Shown here: piece after piece, positions 1 to 9,579 of the stretch | Position numbering within the stretch: the first letter of the stretch is position 1 | Layout: every line of letters starts with the position of its first letter | Assembly: GCA_965218095.1 (NCBI GenBank) | Contig: OZ244587.1 | Span: 3,040,001-3,104,000, forward strand | Length of the DNA stretch: 64,000 nt | Source: Candidatus Poribacteria bacterium | GTDB lineage: Bacteria; Poribacteria; WGA-4E; PCPOR2b | Direction of reading: 5' to 3' | Position numbers and translations under genes: made by a program | The notes under the pieces: model-generated | What the model saw: the letters and a program-made list of their open reading frames with translations, nothing else | The model's database searches: none | What the model was told of the DNA's origin: nothing

Positions 1-248
1 TCCATTGAAGCGGAATAGAAATTTGCAATCAAGCAAATGGACGGATGCGAGACCAAAAATTCATGCAAATTTCCTCAAGGGCTAAAATCGCGTCGGTTTC
101 GGTGAAATCGGATAATCAGCAAACCCCGATGGGTGGGGGCAGGGTCTGCTGCTAGCTGGTTCATGGAATTACCCCCGAACGGATCGAACGGGCAGGATGC
201 CCGCTCTACTTCCGGAAATCTCGTTGTAATATAATAAGGAGATCTAAT

Positions 249-1178
249 ATGTCGAAGCAACACCATGGGATACTCACCCAAGAACAGATCCAATTCTATG
301 AAGAGAACGGATACCTCCACATCAAAAACATAATGGATTCATGGGAACTCGAACGCCTGAAAAACGAGTCGTTAATAATGATCAACTACTGCAAGCAAAC
401 CAGGCCGCCAAATAATGAATACCTTTATCGCATGGATCCCGTGACGGGCAATATGGTCTTGACGCGTGTCAACGGGATGTACACCAAAAGCGACGCCTTC
501 TTCGCCTTATTTGGCCACCCACGCCTCCTGGGCATTGCCGAGTCCATCCACGGCCCCAACATCGTGTCGTTTCAGGATGCGATGGTCGTCAAGATGCCCG
601 AGTACGGTGCGCCTGTGCCGTGGCATCGCGACCCAGGACACCCACGTGTGAAGCCGCCTCTCGACGTTGATGTCTATCTGGATGCCGCGACGCCGGAGAA
701 CGGCTGCCTATATGTCGTACCGGGTAGCCATCTGTGGCAGGGCTTTGATCTACAGGATATGCTTGATGAACATGGGTTTATGCTACCCGGGGCGATTCCC
801 GTGATCACCGAACCCGGGGATGTCCTGTTACACAGTCCCAACCTGCTCCACGGCTCTCGAACGACTCGGGGTAAGCTGATACGACGGGTGCATTACTTCG
901 CCTTCTTCACGATTGAAGAGCTGCTCAGTCGCGGCGGGCAGTGGGATGCAGACTACGTGCGTTCATGGATCCGCGTCATGCTGCAGGCCATTGAGAGTCG
1001 CTCCCAGTTGCCCGAAACCGCCGGCGAGGAACCGTATGCGTACAACCCCACACTGCCGGAATTCAAGCTTAATCCGCGCGAGTTGGGTTATGTGGAAAAG
1101 TATGTCCAGAGAGTACCGGATCCCTTTGAGTCAGCCTACAGATATTCGCCCCACAACCTCGTCAAGGCAAAAATCTGA
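249..1178 (+). CDS. Phytanoyl-CoA dioxygenase (PhyH) family Fe(II)/2OG dioxygenase
   Basis: N-terminal LTQEQIQFYEENGYL, WHRD (HxD), ENGCLYVVPGSH, distal HGS...R; AAGGAG RBS. Confidence 0.9.
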   Translation: MSKQHHGILTQEQIQFYEENGYLHIKNIMDSWELERLKNESLIMINYCKQTRPPNNEYLYRMDPVTGNMVLTRVNGMYTKSDAFFALFGHPRLLGIAESIHGPNIVSFQDAMVVKMPEYGAPVPWHRDPGHPRVKPPLDVDVYLDAATPENGCLYVVPGSHLWQGFDLQDMLDEHGFMLPGAIPVITEPGDVLLHSPNLLHGSRTTRGKLIRRVHYFAFFTIEELLSRGGQWDADYVRSWIRVMLQAIESRSQLPETAGEEPYAYNPTLPEFKLNPRELGYVEKYVQRVPDPFESAYRYSPHNLVKAKI

Positions 1179-1382
1179 TAGTATTGTGTTATTCATTACA
1201 AATGATACGGATCATACCAATGGTTTCGGTACGCTCCGCTACTCACCTCAAGGTTTTCATTGTTATAACAAGCAAATCGTAAACTTGCAGCTATTATTTT
1301 TACCGATATTGCTGGATTTACTGAACTAACCGCTAATAATGAAGATGACACACTGGATCTCGTAATAAGGAAGGAGAAAATC

Positions 1383-2219
1383 TTGACCGCCGTAGAGCAA
1401 TATGAATTTGACAGACAGGGTTTTTTAGTTCTACCGGATTTTCTCACCAATGAAGAAGTCAATCGATTGAAACCCGCTATTGCTGAACTGGAAAAACATG
1501 CCAGGGAACACTATCAGCTTGAACCACGCAATACGAGGAAGCCCAACTATCACTTCAACCCAGAGCGTGGTTATCATGTAACTGGCGGTCACCAACATGG
1601 CCAAACTTTGTTAATCGAGGACTTCTTCAATTTCGATTCCGCTTTTGATTTTCTGGTTAATCATCCTAAAACTATGTCTTATATTACTGGCATTGTAAGG
1701 GAGATGATTGGGATTAATAACTCTGAGTTGCGTGTTAGGTACACTGGTAATTTCTCAGGAGCACATGGAGGTGCTGTCTATGGTCGTAATAAACATCGTT
1801 ACTCTGTGGGTGTAGGTGGTATCGACTGCATGATGGTTCGTTTTATTTATTTTACCCATGATGTAAGTAATGAAGATGGTGTATTTTGCGTGGTACCTGG
1901 AAGCCACAAATTAGCATTCCAGTGCCCGTATAAATGCGGTATAGATGAAGAACCTGGCATGATTGGTCTTGAGGTCAAATCTGGAGATGCAATTCTATTT
2001 ACTGAAAATCTACGCCATGGCGGTTTCACCAACCACTCAGAAAAAACCCGTATGACTCTACATGTTGGTTATGGTCCCTTTTGGATGATGTCACAGAATA
2101 TAGCGACTATGGATGAACCGCTATTTATTAAGCCGGAAACCTGGGCACGTTATGATCAAAACCAACGAGAACTGTTCCAACCTTGGTTGCGGCAAGGTCC
2201 AGAATATCAACTTGAATAA
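1383..2219 (+). CDS. PhyH family dioxygenase (HGG variant)
   Basis: YEFDRQGFLV, DGVFCVVPGSHK, GDAILFTENLRHG; TTG start after AAGGAG. Confidence 0.85.
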   Translation: MTAVEQYEFDRQGFLVLPDFLTNEEVNRLKPAIAELEKHAREHYQLEPRNTRKPNYHFNPERGYHVTGGHQHGQTLLIEDFFNFDSAFDFLVNHPKTMSYITGIVREMIGINNSELRVRYTGNFSGAHGGAVYGRNKHRYSVGVGGIDCMMVRFIYFTHDVSNEDGVFCVVPGSHKLAFQCPYKCGIDEEPGMIGLEVKSGDAILFTENLRHGGFTNHSEKTRMTLHVGYGPFWMMSQNIATMDEPLFIKPETWARYDQNQRELFQPWLRQGPEYQLE

Positions 2220-2335
2220 CTTAAGGAGCGAACGGTTTTTTACACTCCCCTACATTACAAAAAAATATTGGCCAGCCTCCCCCAAGCCCTGATATGATTG
2301 GGATTGAGAGATTTGCCCTTGGTTCTAGTTAGTAA

Positions 2336-2479
2336 TACTACAACGAGAGATTGAATAAATGCGTGAACCGTAGATCGGGTCCGATTCTCGGACGAGCACG
2401 GCTCGCCCGCTCACGTATCTCACCGGAAAGTTCAAACGGGCTGGTAGCCCCCTCTACTTCTGGAAATTTCGTTGTAGTA
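2336..2479. repeat. MITE-like element with TACTACAACGA terminal inverted repeats and internal GTAG-type REP pair; partial second copy at 187-228
   Basis: tactacaacgag at 2336 vs ttcgttgtagta ending 2479; 2435-2476 matches 187-228 at 36/42 nt. Confidence 0.6.
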
Positions 2480-2490
2480 CTAAGGAGGAA

Positions 2491-3566
2491 ATGATGGAAT
2501 ACTGTAATTTGGGGAACTCTGGATTGCAGGTGTCACGCATCGGTTTGGGGACGGTCCCTTTCGGGACCACTCTGGATAAAAAGACAAGCCAGAGAGTTGT
2601 AGACATGTTCTACGATGCCGGTGGTAACCTGTTGGACACGGCAAACTTATATGGAGGAGGAATCTACGGCACACATAGCAGCATGGCAGGCGCGTCGGAG
2701 CGGACAGTCGGAAAGGTTATCAAGGGCAAACGGAACCGCTTCATTGTCGCGACCAAAGGTTGTTGGCTGATGGAGGACGAGGTCTGGCCAAATCGTGTCG
2801 GACTCTCCCGGACTTATCTGGCAACTCAGATCGAAGCCAGCTTGCAGCGGCTTAATACAGACTACATAGATCTTTACCAATGTCACGGCTGGGACTTCTA
2901 TACGCCTGTGGAAGAGACTATGCAGGTGCTCGATGATTTTGTCAGGGACGGAAAGATCCGCTATATTGGGGTGAGCAACTGGGATGGGTGGCACGTAGTG
3001 AAGGCGAATACATATGCCAAATTCTTGAGCCTGACACCCCTCGTTGCCAACCAGATCTGGTACAATCTCGCGGATCGGGTCGCTGAGAACTCCATCATTC
3101 CAGCCTGTCGGAACCAGAACATATCCATTATCGCCTGGAGCCCCCTGGCCCAAGGGTTCCTGACGGGCAGATACCGCCGGGTGCCAAAGGTCCTCCTCCA
3201 AACAGCAGATTTGACCTGAAAAAGGACAACGAGAGTACCTCCTGGAAGCGCCTTGCGATTGAGAGGAATTGGGCAACGCTGGACGTTCTTGATCGGATTG
3301 CCGAGCGGCATGGAAAGAAAATCGCCAATGTGGCCCTACGGTGGGTACTTCAGGCAGACGTCTGTGATGTTGCGCTTGCGGGATTCTCCCGGCTGGAGCA
3401 ATTCTCAGACCTTCTCGAAACGCTGAACTTTCAGCTTTCCGATGAGGAGGTGGATGAATTGAGGGAAGTCAGTGAGTTGCCTCATCCTTATCCGAACAAT
3501 TTCCTTGATCTGTTCTGCCGACGCGAGAGTCCGTTTTATGGCGGACTGCGAGTAAAAAAAGGTTAG
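2491..3566 (+). pseudogene. Aldo/keto reductase split by a 1-nt frameshift near 3180
   Basis: LGNSGLQVSRIGLG, DTANLYG, SLQRLNTDYIDLYQCH, WSPLAQGFLTGRY; the shifted frame continues GAKGPPPNSRF...ALRWVL to the stop at 3566. Confidence 0.8.
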
Positions 3567-3651
3567 GCACAAGGGTAATGGCTTTGCAAAATCGAAAGAA
3601 CCAACAGATTTTTGTTGAACGGCGCGTGAAAAAGTAGTAAAATCTCAGAAA

Positions 3652-5667
3652 GTGAGAAAAGTAATGTCAAAAAACCTCTTACCCAATGCAAGTCTTGAGT
3701 TGCCCCTGGGCCAGGGTTTGCCCAACAACTGGGCCGACCTGTTGAACCCCTTAACCCTCAACCTCGCGGCGACGGATCAATATCCAAAGGTGCCCGCCGA
3801 ATTGGTTGACGCGCCGGATGCGCCCGAGGGTCAACATGTCGCCCAGGTCGCTTTCGAGCCGGATGCTCCAGCGCATCTCACGTCGCCGGCCGTCGCCATC
3901 GAGCGGGGACGGGTCTATGTCGTCTCCGTTTACGCGCGAAGCGACACCCCTTCGGTGAAACTGTGTTTGTCGCTGTGGACCCGCCCCATGGATTGGCGCC
4001 AGCAACCCGATGATGCACCGAGTGACCTTATGCCGCTGACGGAGAAATGGCAGCGCTACGAATTTACGTTTACGGTGGGGATGCACGCACAAATGACTGT
4101 GGTGGATTTTCAAGTGACTGGGGACGCCGCCGGACACGCCTGGTTAGACGCCGCGCAATTGGAAACTGGACCGGTGGCAACAGATTACGAGGCGCGGTTT
4201 GCTGTCGAGTCAGCATTGTCGGCGCAGGACAAGCGGTTTAACGGGGCGCTGCATCTTCTGGGCGACCCGGTCACGGTTGACGTGGATCTATACAACGCCA
4301 CCAATCAACCTTGCCGCGATGAACTCGAACTGGTGATTCATGATATCGATGGACGGATGGTAGCAAGTAAATCGTTGGATGAGCCCGTTCCGCCCGGTCG
4401 CAGTCATCAGAAGGTTGCTGTCGACCTGGGCCTGGTGGGGGACTTTCGCGCCAATTGCCGTCTACGAAAAGGTCCGGTGACTGATGTGGGTGACTATTCG
4501 TTTACCGTCCATCCCGTCATTGGTGAAAACGAGCAGCGCATCCTCGTTTCCGTTGATGGCAAAGCCAGACCGTTGCCAGCCGAGCGAAGCACATTGCCGT
4601 GGACGAATCGCAGGGACTGGTACGCGGAGCCGGCCCAGGAACTGACGGTCACAAACGACGGTAGCATCTACGTCTTTGCCGTGGACGGCGCTATCTTGCG
4701 GACAACCGATGGCGGCCGCAGTTGGCAAAGCTACGACGCTGGTCCGGGCATCTGCGGTACACCAGCCATGACCGACCAAATCGAGGACGATAGCCTGCGC
4801 TCCGCTCCGGATGACATCCTGCGTGGTTCGATGTGCACCATAGGCGTGATGAGCGACGGTATGTTTTTCAATACCGTCAGTGACCAGGCGCGTGATCGGC
4901 TGTGGATCAATCGTTCCAACGACCAGGGGCGCAGTTGGCAGCCGGTTTCGTCGATTTCCACCCTGGGCGGGGGGACACAGCGCGGACAGGTGACTGAACT
5001 GGCCGACGGAACGCTGATTCTTATGGTCGCGTACAGTGTGCGCGAGGAGTATCCGTGCCTGATCAAAGCATACCTCTCGACCGATCACGCTCGCACCTGG
5101 ACCGGCTACCCGGTTGCGCCGGGTGGCGAGCCGTTCGTGCGTCAGCTTCAATCGGGGCGGCTGCTTGCCGTGCTGCGCCACAGCGTCAGCGCCGGAGCCG
5201 AACATGTTGATTTGTATCTGCAGAGCGACAAATATCGCCAACCGTGGCAGCGGGCGAGTGGGAATCTCAAACTGAGCAATTACAAGAAGAACCTGATCCT
5301 CGTAGATTCGGATGACAGCGGCAAAACGTGGCACAACGCGCGGGAAGCCACCTGCGGCTTCGACGAGATGCACGGCATGGCGGTCGATTTGCCCGACGAG
5401 CGCGTCGTGTTGTTCTATGTACACCGCGTGCCTCGGGCGTACGGCGGCGAGCGGGCGAAGATCAGCCGCGACGGCGGCAACACCTGGGCCCCGGAGCTTT
5501 ACCACCTGAACACCACCCCCGCGCGCCCGGGTTACTCGGCGAGTTGCGTCCTGCCAGCGCATCTGGCCGATGGCAAGCCGGGGATGATCCTAACGATCAT
5601 TGGCCAGCGCGCCATGGAAGATCATCCAGCGAAAATGTCTGCCGTGCGCTGGCGCCCACTGGGGTGA
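3652..5667 (+). CDS. Carbohydrate-binding-like N-terminal domain plus BNR/Asp-box (sialidase-like) beta-propeller
   Basis: NLLPNASLE CBM4/9-like start; Asp-boxes TTDGGRSW, SNDQGRSW, STDHARTW, SDDSGKTW, SRDGGNTW. Confidence 0.75.
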   Translation: MRKVMSKNLLPNASLELPLGQGLPNNWADLLNPLTLNLAATDQYPKVPAELVDAPDAPEGQHVAQVAFEPDAPAHLTSPAVAIERGRVYVVSVYARSDTPSVKLCLSLWTRPMDWRQQPDDAPSDLMPLTEKWQRYEFTFTVGMHAQMTVVDFQVTGDAAGHAWLDAAQLETGPVATDYEARFAVESALSAQDKRFNGALHLLGDPVTVDVDLYNATNQPCRDELELVIHDIDGRMVASKSLDEPVPPGRSHQKVAVDLGLVGDFRANCRLRKGPVTDVGDYSFTVHPVIGENEQRILVSVDGKARPLPAERSTLPWTNRRDWYAEPAQELTVTNDGSIYVFAVDGAILRTTDGGRSWQSYDAGPGICGTPAMTDQIEDDSLRSAPDDILRGSMCTIGVMSDGMFFNTVSDQARDRLWINRSNDQGRSWQPVSSISTLGGGTQRGQVTELADGTLILMVAYSVREEYPCLIKAYLSTDHARTWTGYPVAPGGEPFVRQLQSGRLLAVLRHSVSAGAEHVDLYLQSDKYRQPWQRASGNLKLSNYKKNLILVDSDDSGKTWHNAREATCGFDEMHGMAVDLPDERVVLFYVHRVPRAYGGERAKISRDGGNTWAPELYHLNTTPARPGYSASCVLPAHLADGKPGMILTIIGQRAMEDHPAKMSAVRWRPLG

Positions 5668-5799
5668 AACCGAAGGGGAGGACCAGGGGGATTTTCAACC
5701 TGACAAACAGGCGAATGGGCGAATCAGTGGAAATAATACCAATTCTGATAAAGAGTCACGCATTGTTGAAACGAGGGAGCGAGCGGGCAAGCAGAAGAA

Positions 5800-5890
5800 G
5801 AAAGTGAGCAAGTGAGAGTGTCAAGCTGTCGCTTCTCACTTTCCCACTTTCTCACCTGCCTATTGTCTCTTCTTCCCTCACTTTCTCATT
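5800..5890. repeat. Degenerate 8-mer tandem repeats in inverted arrangement (AAAGTGAG / CTCACTTT); similar array at 15250-15318
   Basis: Visible periodicity: aaagtgagcaagtgagagtg...ctcactttcccactttctcac. Confidence 0.55.
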
Positions 5891-6055
5891 ATTTCTGCGC
5901 TTTCTGTCCGAATCGTGCGACAAAATTATTCAGAAACGGTACTGATGGGCTCATGAATTTATTCGGTTGATTGCTGATCTTTTCGTCTACTATGTTGGAA
6001 TGCCTGCCATATCGAATCACTGTGAAACGCTGCAAACGAATAGGGAGAATAAACA

Positions 6056-7066
6056 ATGAAAACGCTCAACCAATCTAACAAGTATTGCATTCCCATATCG
6101 ATTTTGCTTCTGGTTGCATTCTTTCTCACAGGTTGTGCCACCTTAAACGAGGCACAACAGCAAAAACAGGAGCGAACCAAACAAAAGCAACAAAAGCGCT
6201 ATATGACATTTGAACGTCCAACTTCTAGGATCGAAGCGTCTCCTGATGGCTTAAAGATTGAGAGTAAGCATTACACCTTGACCTTTGCCAATGATCTGCT
6301 GAAACACGAAGACTTCAATGAAGCCCAAGAACGCCAAAGTATGGGGCAAGGGGCGCTGCTGTTTATGGAGAGCCTCTACGATTTTGTTCACAACATCTTC
6401 GGTTTTGAACCCAATCACCGGCTGAAAGTGAAGCTTCATCGGGTCTACCAGGGAACCACGCAACTTGCAACAACGGCAACGCAATCCAGAACAATCTATC
6501 AAAATGGCGAATATCTAACAATTGTTGAGGGCATCGAAATGGATTTCCCGCTTGCGATGTTCAACCAGCGAGATGTCCGGGCGCATGAACTAACCCACGC
6601 TTTCACAAATATCTATCTTCTGCCTACATGGTTCGCGGAAGGGATCGCTGTTTTGGTGCAAGTCGAATATGCAAAGGGAAGAAGCCACCGTAAGATCGAT
6701 CTCCATGATCAATTGAAGACCGATCTTGATGGTATCAATGCCGTTCAAAATTGGAAGGGACATTTTGCCATTGATGGACTGACTCAATGGCGGTATAGCT
6801 ATTCTTACTCAATTGTCTCGGAATTGAAAATGCGCTTCGGCAAAAAGTTTTACCCGAAAGTATTTCGTTTAATCGAAGCAGATCATCTACATCAAAGGCT
6901 ACCAGGCCAAATGACCACCAGCTTCCTGGTTTACTACTTGAGTCAAGCTGCAGGTCAGGATCTTGTCCCGTTTTTTGAAGAACTTCAATTCAAACTTCGC
7001 CGTTTAACTAAATCGGAAATCGTGTCAATCATCAAACAAGCAAACCAGCAGCAAAATAGGAGGTAA
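6056..7066 (+). CDS. Lipoprotein, zincin (gluzincin-like) metallopeptidase
   Basis: Lipobox FLTGC; AHELTH (HExxH) followed by PTWFAEG third ligand. Confidence 0.7.
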   Translation: MKTLNQSNKYCIPISILLLVAFFLTGCATLNEAQQQKQERTKQKQQKRYMTFERPTSRIEASPDGLKIESKHYTLTFANDLLKHEDFNEAQERQSMGQGALLFMESLYDFVHNIFGFEPNHRLKVKLHRVYQGTTQLATTATQSRTIYQNGEYLTIVEGIEMDFPLAMFNQRDVRAHELTHAFTNIYLLPTWFAEGIAVLVQVEYAKGRSHRKIDLHDQLKTDLDGINAVQNWKGHFAIDGLTQWRYSYSYSIVSELKMRFGKKFYPKVFRLIEADHLHQRLPGQMTTSFLVYYLSQAAGQDLVPFFEELQFKLRRLTKSEIVSIIKQANQQQNRR

Positions 7067-7072
7067 GATTAA

Positions 7073-7714
7073 ATGAAATTTCAATCAACCGCCACCTATC
7101 TCTTTCTTTCGTTCAGCATCGTTTCATCGTATGGGTGTGCAGCGATTCAAGGTTTCTCCGCCGGACAAGAGTGGAGTGAAAACTACGCCCTTATTGAAGG
7201 AGCACAAGCCAATGATCCGGCAGTCATTGATGGAAATGTCAGAACGATTGGGCAATCCCAGCAGGTCGAGATCTCAGCGGATGTCGTTCAAAGTCACCAC
7301 GCATCCTCTGAGTCGGTCGTGCTCCTTCCCGAGCCCAAATCCATCCATCGTGTTGTGGTTCGTTCCTCCAACCTTGAGGCGTTTGATATATGGGTGACTG
7401 ACAACCAGGGAAGGTGGGATCGGGTTAAGGAGATTAAAAACACTAAAAATCAGGTCAGCGATGTCCGACTCGGTCGAGCCGTTCATACCGCTGGTGTCAA
7501 GATCCGGATCCGTCGCACCTCAGATGATGCTCAACAGCGGCACAAGAACGTCCGACGTGTGCGTCAATTCAGGGTCTATACCGGAAACGTTCGCGCCCTT
7601 GCGCAAATCGCTGAAATTGAACTGTACGGATTCGTCTCCAAAGATGACAAAGCAAATACACTTTCTCAGAAAGAACGGGACGAGAAGGAACTTGATGAAT
7701 TGTTGGAGTTTTAG
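7073..7714 (+). CDS. Putative lipoprotein, discoidin/F5-8-like beta-sandwich
   Basis: Signal peptide ending SYGC; ENYAL...VIDGN and C-terminal IAEIELYG resemble F5/8 type C domains. Confidence 0.55.
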   Translation: MKFQSTATYLFLSFSIVSSYGCAAIQGFSAGQEWSENYALIEGAQANDPAVIDGNVRTIGQSQQVEISADVVQSHHASSESVVLLPEPKSIHRVVVRSSNLEAFDIWVTDNQGRWDRVKEIKNTKNQVSDVRLGRAVHTAGVKIRIRRTSDDAQQRHKNVRRVRQFRVYTGNVRALAQIAEIELYGFVSKDDKANTLSQKERDEKELDELLEF

Positions 7715-7873
7715 GCAGGGCGGATCAATTTCCCGATGGATGCCAATCTTTGGATCGGGATGCTTCGCATCGTGGATTCTCGGTGCGAAGCATCGGAACT
7801 TCGGGAGTTTTGCGATTCTCCCCTTCCCCCCAAAGTTTCAGAGGCGGACAGGTGGCGACAAAACCAGAGACGC

Positions 7874-7981
7874 CTCATTCCCAAACTCCTGCTTGGGAAC
7901 CGGTGTTGGCGAAGTTCCGCTTCGCAGTGGGGAAGTAGAGCTTCCTGAATGGCGTTCCGAAAACATGAGTTTCGGAACGAG
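7874..7981. repeat. Composite palindromic REP/BIME-like element
   Basis: ttcccaaactcctgcttgggaa, gcgaagttccgcttcgc, ggaagtagagcttcc and gttccgaaaacatgagtttcggaac hairpins; the ends are inverted relative to each other. Confidence 0.65.
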
Positions 7982-8164
7982 CAGGAATGCCTGCTCACCC
8001 AACGTGTCCGTCCTTGAACCCCAAAGTTAGGAGAATTGAGGAGGGCGAGCCACCAGTGAATCTGCCCCGATTATCTCTCATACAAAGTCAAGATAGAATC
8101 CGCGCGAGAAAACTTCATCCTTCAAGGGCGGAGATGGATTGCGAACTTTAGGCACTTTTCAACT

Positions 8165-9379
8165 ATGCGTATTCTTCACACATCGGATTGGCACCTCGGG
8201 CATCGTCTCTACGAGCGGAATCGCATTGATGAACACCGCCAATTCCTGGATTGGTTATTCACAGCGATTAGAGAACATGCGGTTGATGTCCTACTTGTTG
8301 CGGGAGACATCTTTGATACCGCGCTGCCATCTTCTGAAGCAACAGATCTCTACTATCAATTTCTCTTTCGGCTATATCGTGAGACGAACACGCAAGCTGT
8401 AATTACCGCCGGCAACCACGATTCTCCCATGCGCCTGGCGGCTCCGCGACAGTTTCTCAAAATGGGACGGATTCACGTCGTCGGAGAAATTGATTCGGCG
8501 TTAGAAGCGTGTGTCATTGTGCTTCACACCGGTGAATCAGCCGGCGCCATTGCCGCTGTCCCCTATCTGTCTGAAAACGAAATCCTACCCCATGTCTCGC
8601 TTGAGAAGGAAATCGAAAAAACAGAACGCTACCGGGAGGCGATGAAGCGACTCTGGCAGCGGTGCGTTGAGCGGATGCCGGAGGAAATACCGAAGATCCT
8701 GATGGGACATCTCGTCGTCGCGGGTGGTGAGGAGAGTGGATCTGAGCGAACCATCCAGATTGGCGGGGCAACAGCAGTACGCGCCGGCGATTTGCCGGCG
8801 GGGGTGGATTATGTGGCGTTGGGGCATTTGCATCGTCCACAAGCGATCAGTGGAGCGAACTATCCGATTCGATACGCAGGCTCCCCGCTGCCGATGACCT
8901 TCCAAGAAGCCTTGCATGACAAGAAAGCGTATCTGCTCGATCTCGGCAAATCGGGCGATGATCGATTGACCGAGATTACCATTCCGGTCTTCAAAGAACT
9001 ATGTCAAGTGAGTGGGAACTACGATCAGGTGATATTCCAGGCGGAGGCGGCAAATCAAGATTGGAACGGGAAATATATTGAGGTGCAACTGACACTCGAT
9101 GAGCCACACATTGGAGTGGGCGATGAAATTCGAGAGATTTTCAGTAGGCGCGGCGGCGATGTTCTATTAGTTGAAGTTCAACTCGTTGAGCAACAGCGGG
9201 AAATAGATCTGTCTGCGGAGGATATTTCCGTGAAACCACCTGAAGCGATCTTTGCTGAGTTTTATCGAGCGAAGTACGGTGAAGAAGACGAAGATGATGA
9301 GCATTTTGCGGAAGCCATGGAGACTTTCAAAGAACTGGCAAATGTCGTATCAACACAAACCGATGAAGAAGATCAATGA
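8165..9379 (+). CDS. sbcD: Exonuclease SbcCD subunit D
   Basis: MRILHTSDWHLG, AGDIFD, AGNHDS, YVALGHLH, YAGSP. Confidence 0.95.
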   Translation: MRILHTSDWHLGHRLYERNRIDEHRQFLDWLFTAIREHAVDVLLVAGDIFDTALPSSEATDLYYQFLFRLYRETNTQAVITAGNHDSPMRLAAPRQFLKMGRIHVVGEIDSALEACVIVLHTGESAGAIAAVPYLSENEILPHVSLEKEIEKTERYREAMKRLWQRCVERMPEEIPKILMGHLVVAGGEESGSERTIQIGGATAVRAGDLPAGVDYVALGHLHRPQAISGANYPIRYAGSPLPMTFQEALHDKKAYLLDLGKSGDDRLTEITIPVFKELCQVSGNYDQVIFQAEAANQDWNGKYIEVQLTLDEPHIGVGDEIREIFSRRGGDVLLVEVQLVEQQREIDLSAEDISVKPPEAIFAEFYRAKYGEEDEDDEHFAEAMETFKELANVVSTQTDEEDQ

Positions 9380-9579
9380 GGAACTGAGGAAATAAGTTCA
9401 TGGGTTCATATACTGCAAAAGGGCATAAATGACGCTTTTGTATTTTGAATCCTGAATCTTGCATCTGCGATGGATACCAGATTCAAGGTGCAGGATACAG
9501 GACGCCGGTGATGTAAGTCATAACCTGTTGCGGTATAGGTTTGTTCAGTTGTTACATATCAACGAAGAGTTCTATTCTG

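Noticed and set aside
4462-5562. 366-aa antisense ORF (and similar shadow ORFs such as 2647-3276, 44678-45373, 53710-54471)
   Set aside because: They lie opposite well-supported genes and have no recognisable motifs.
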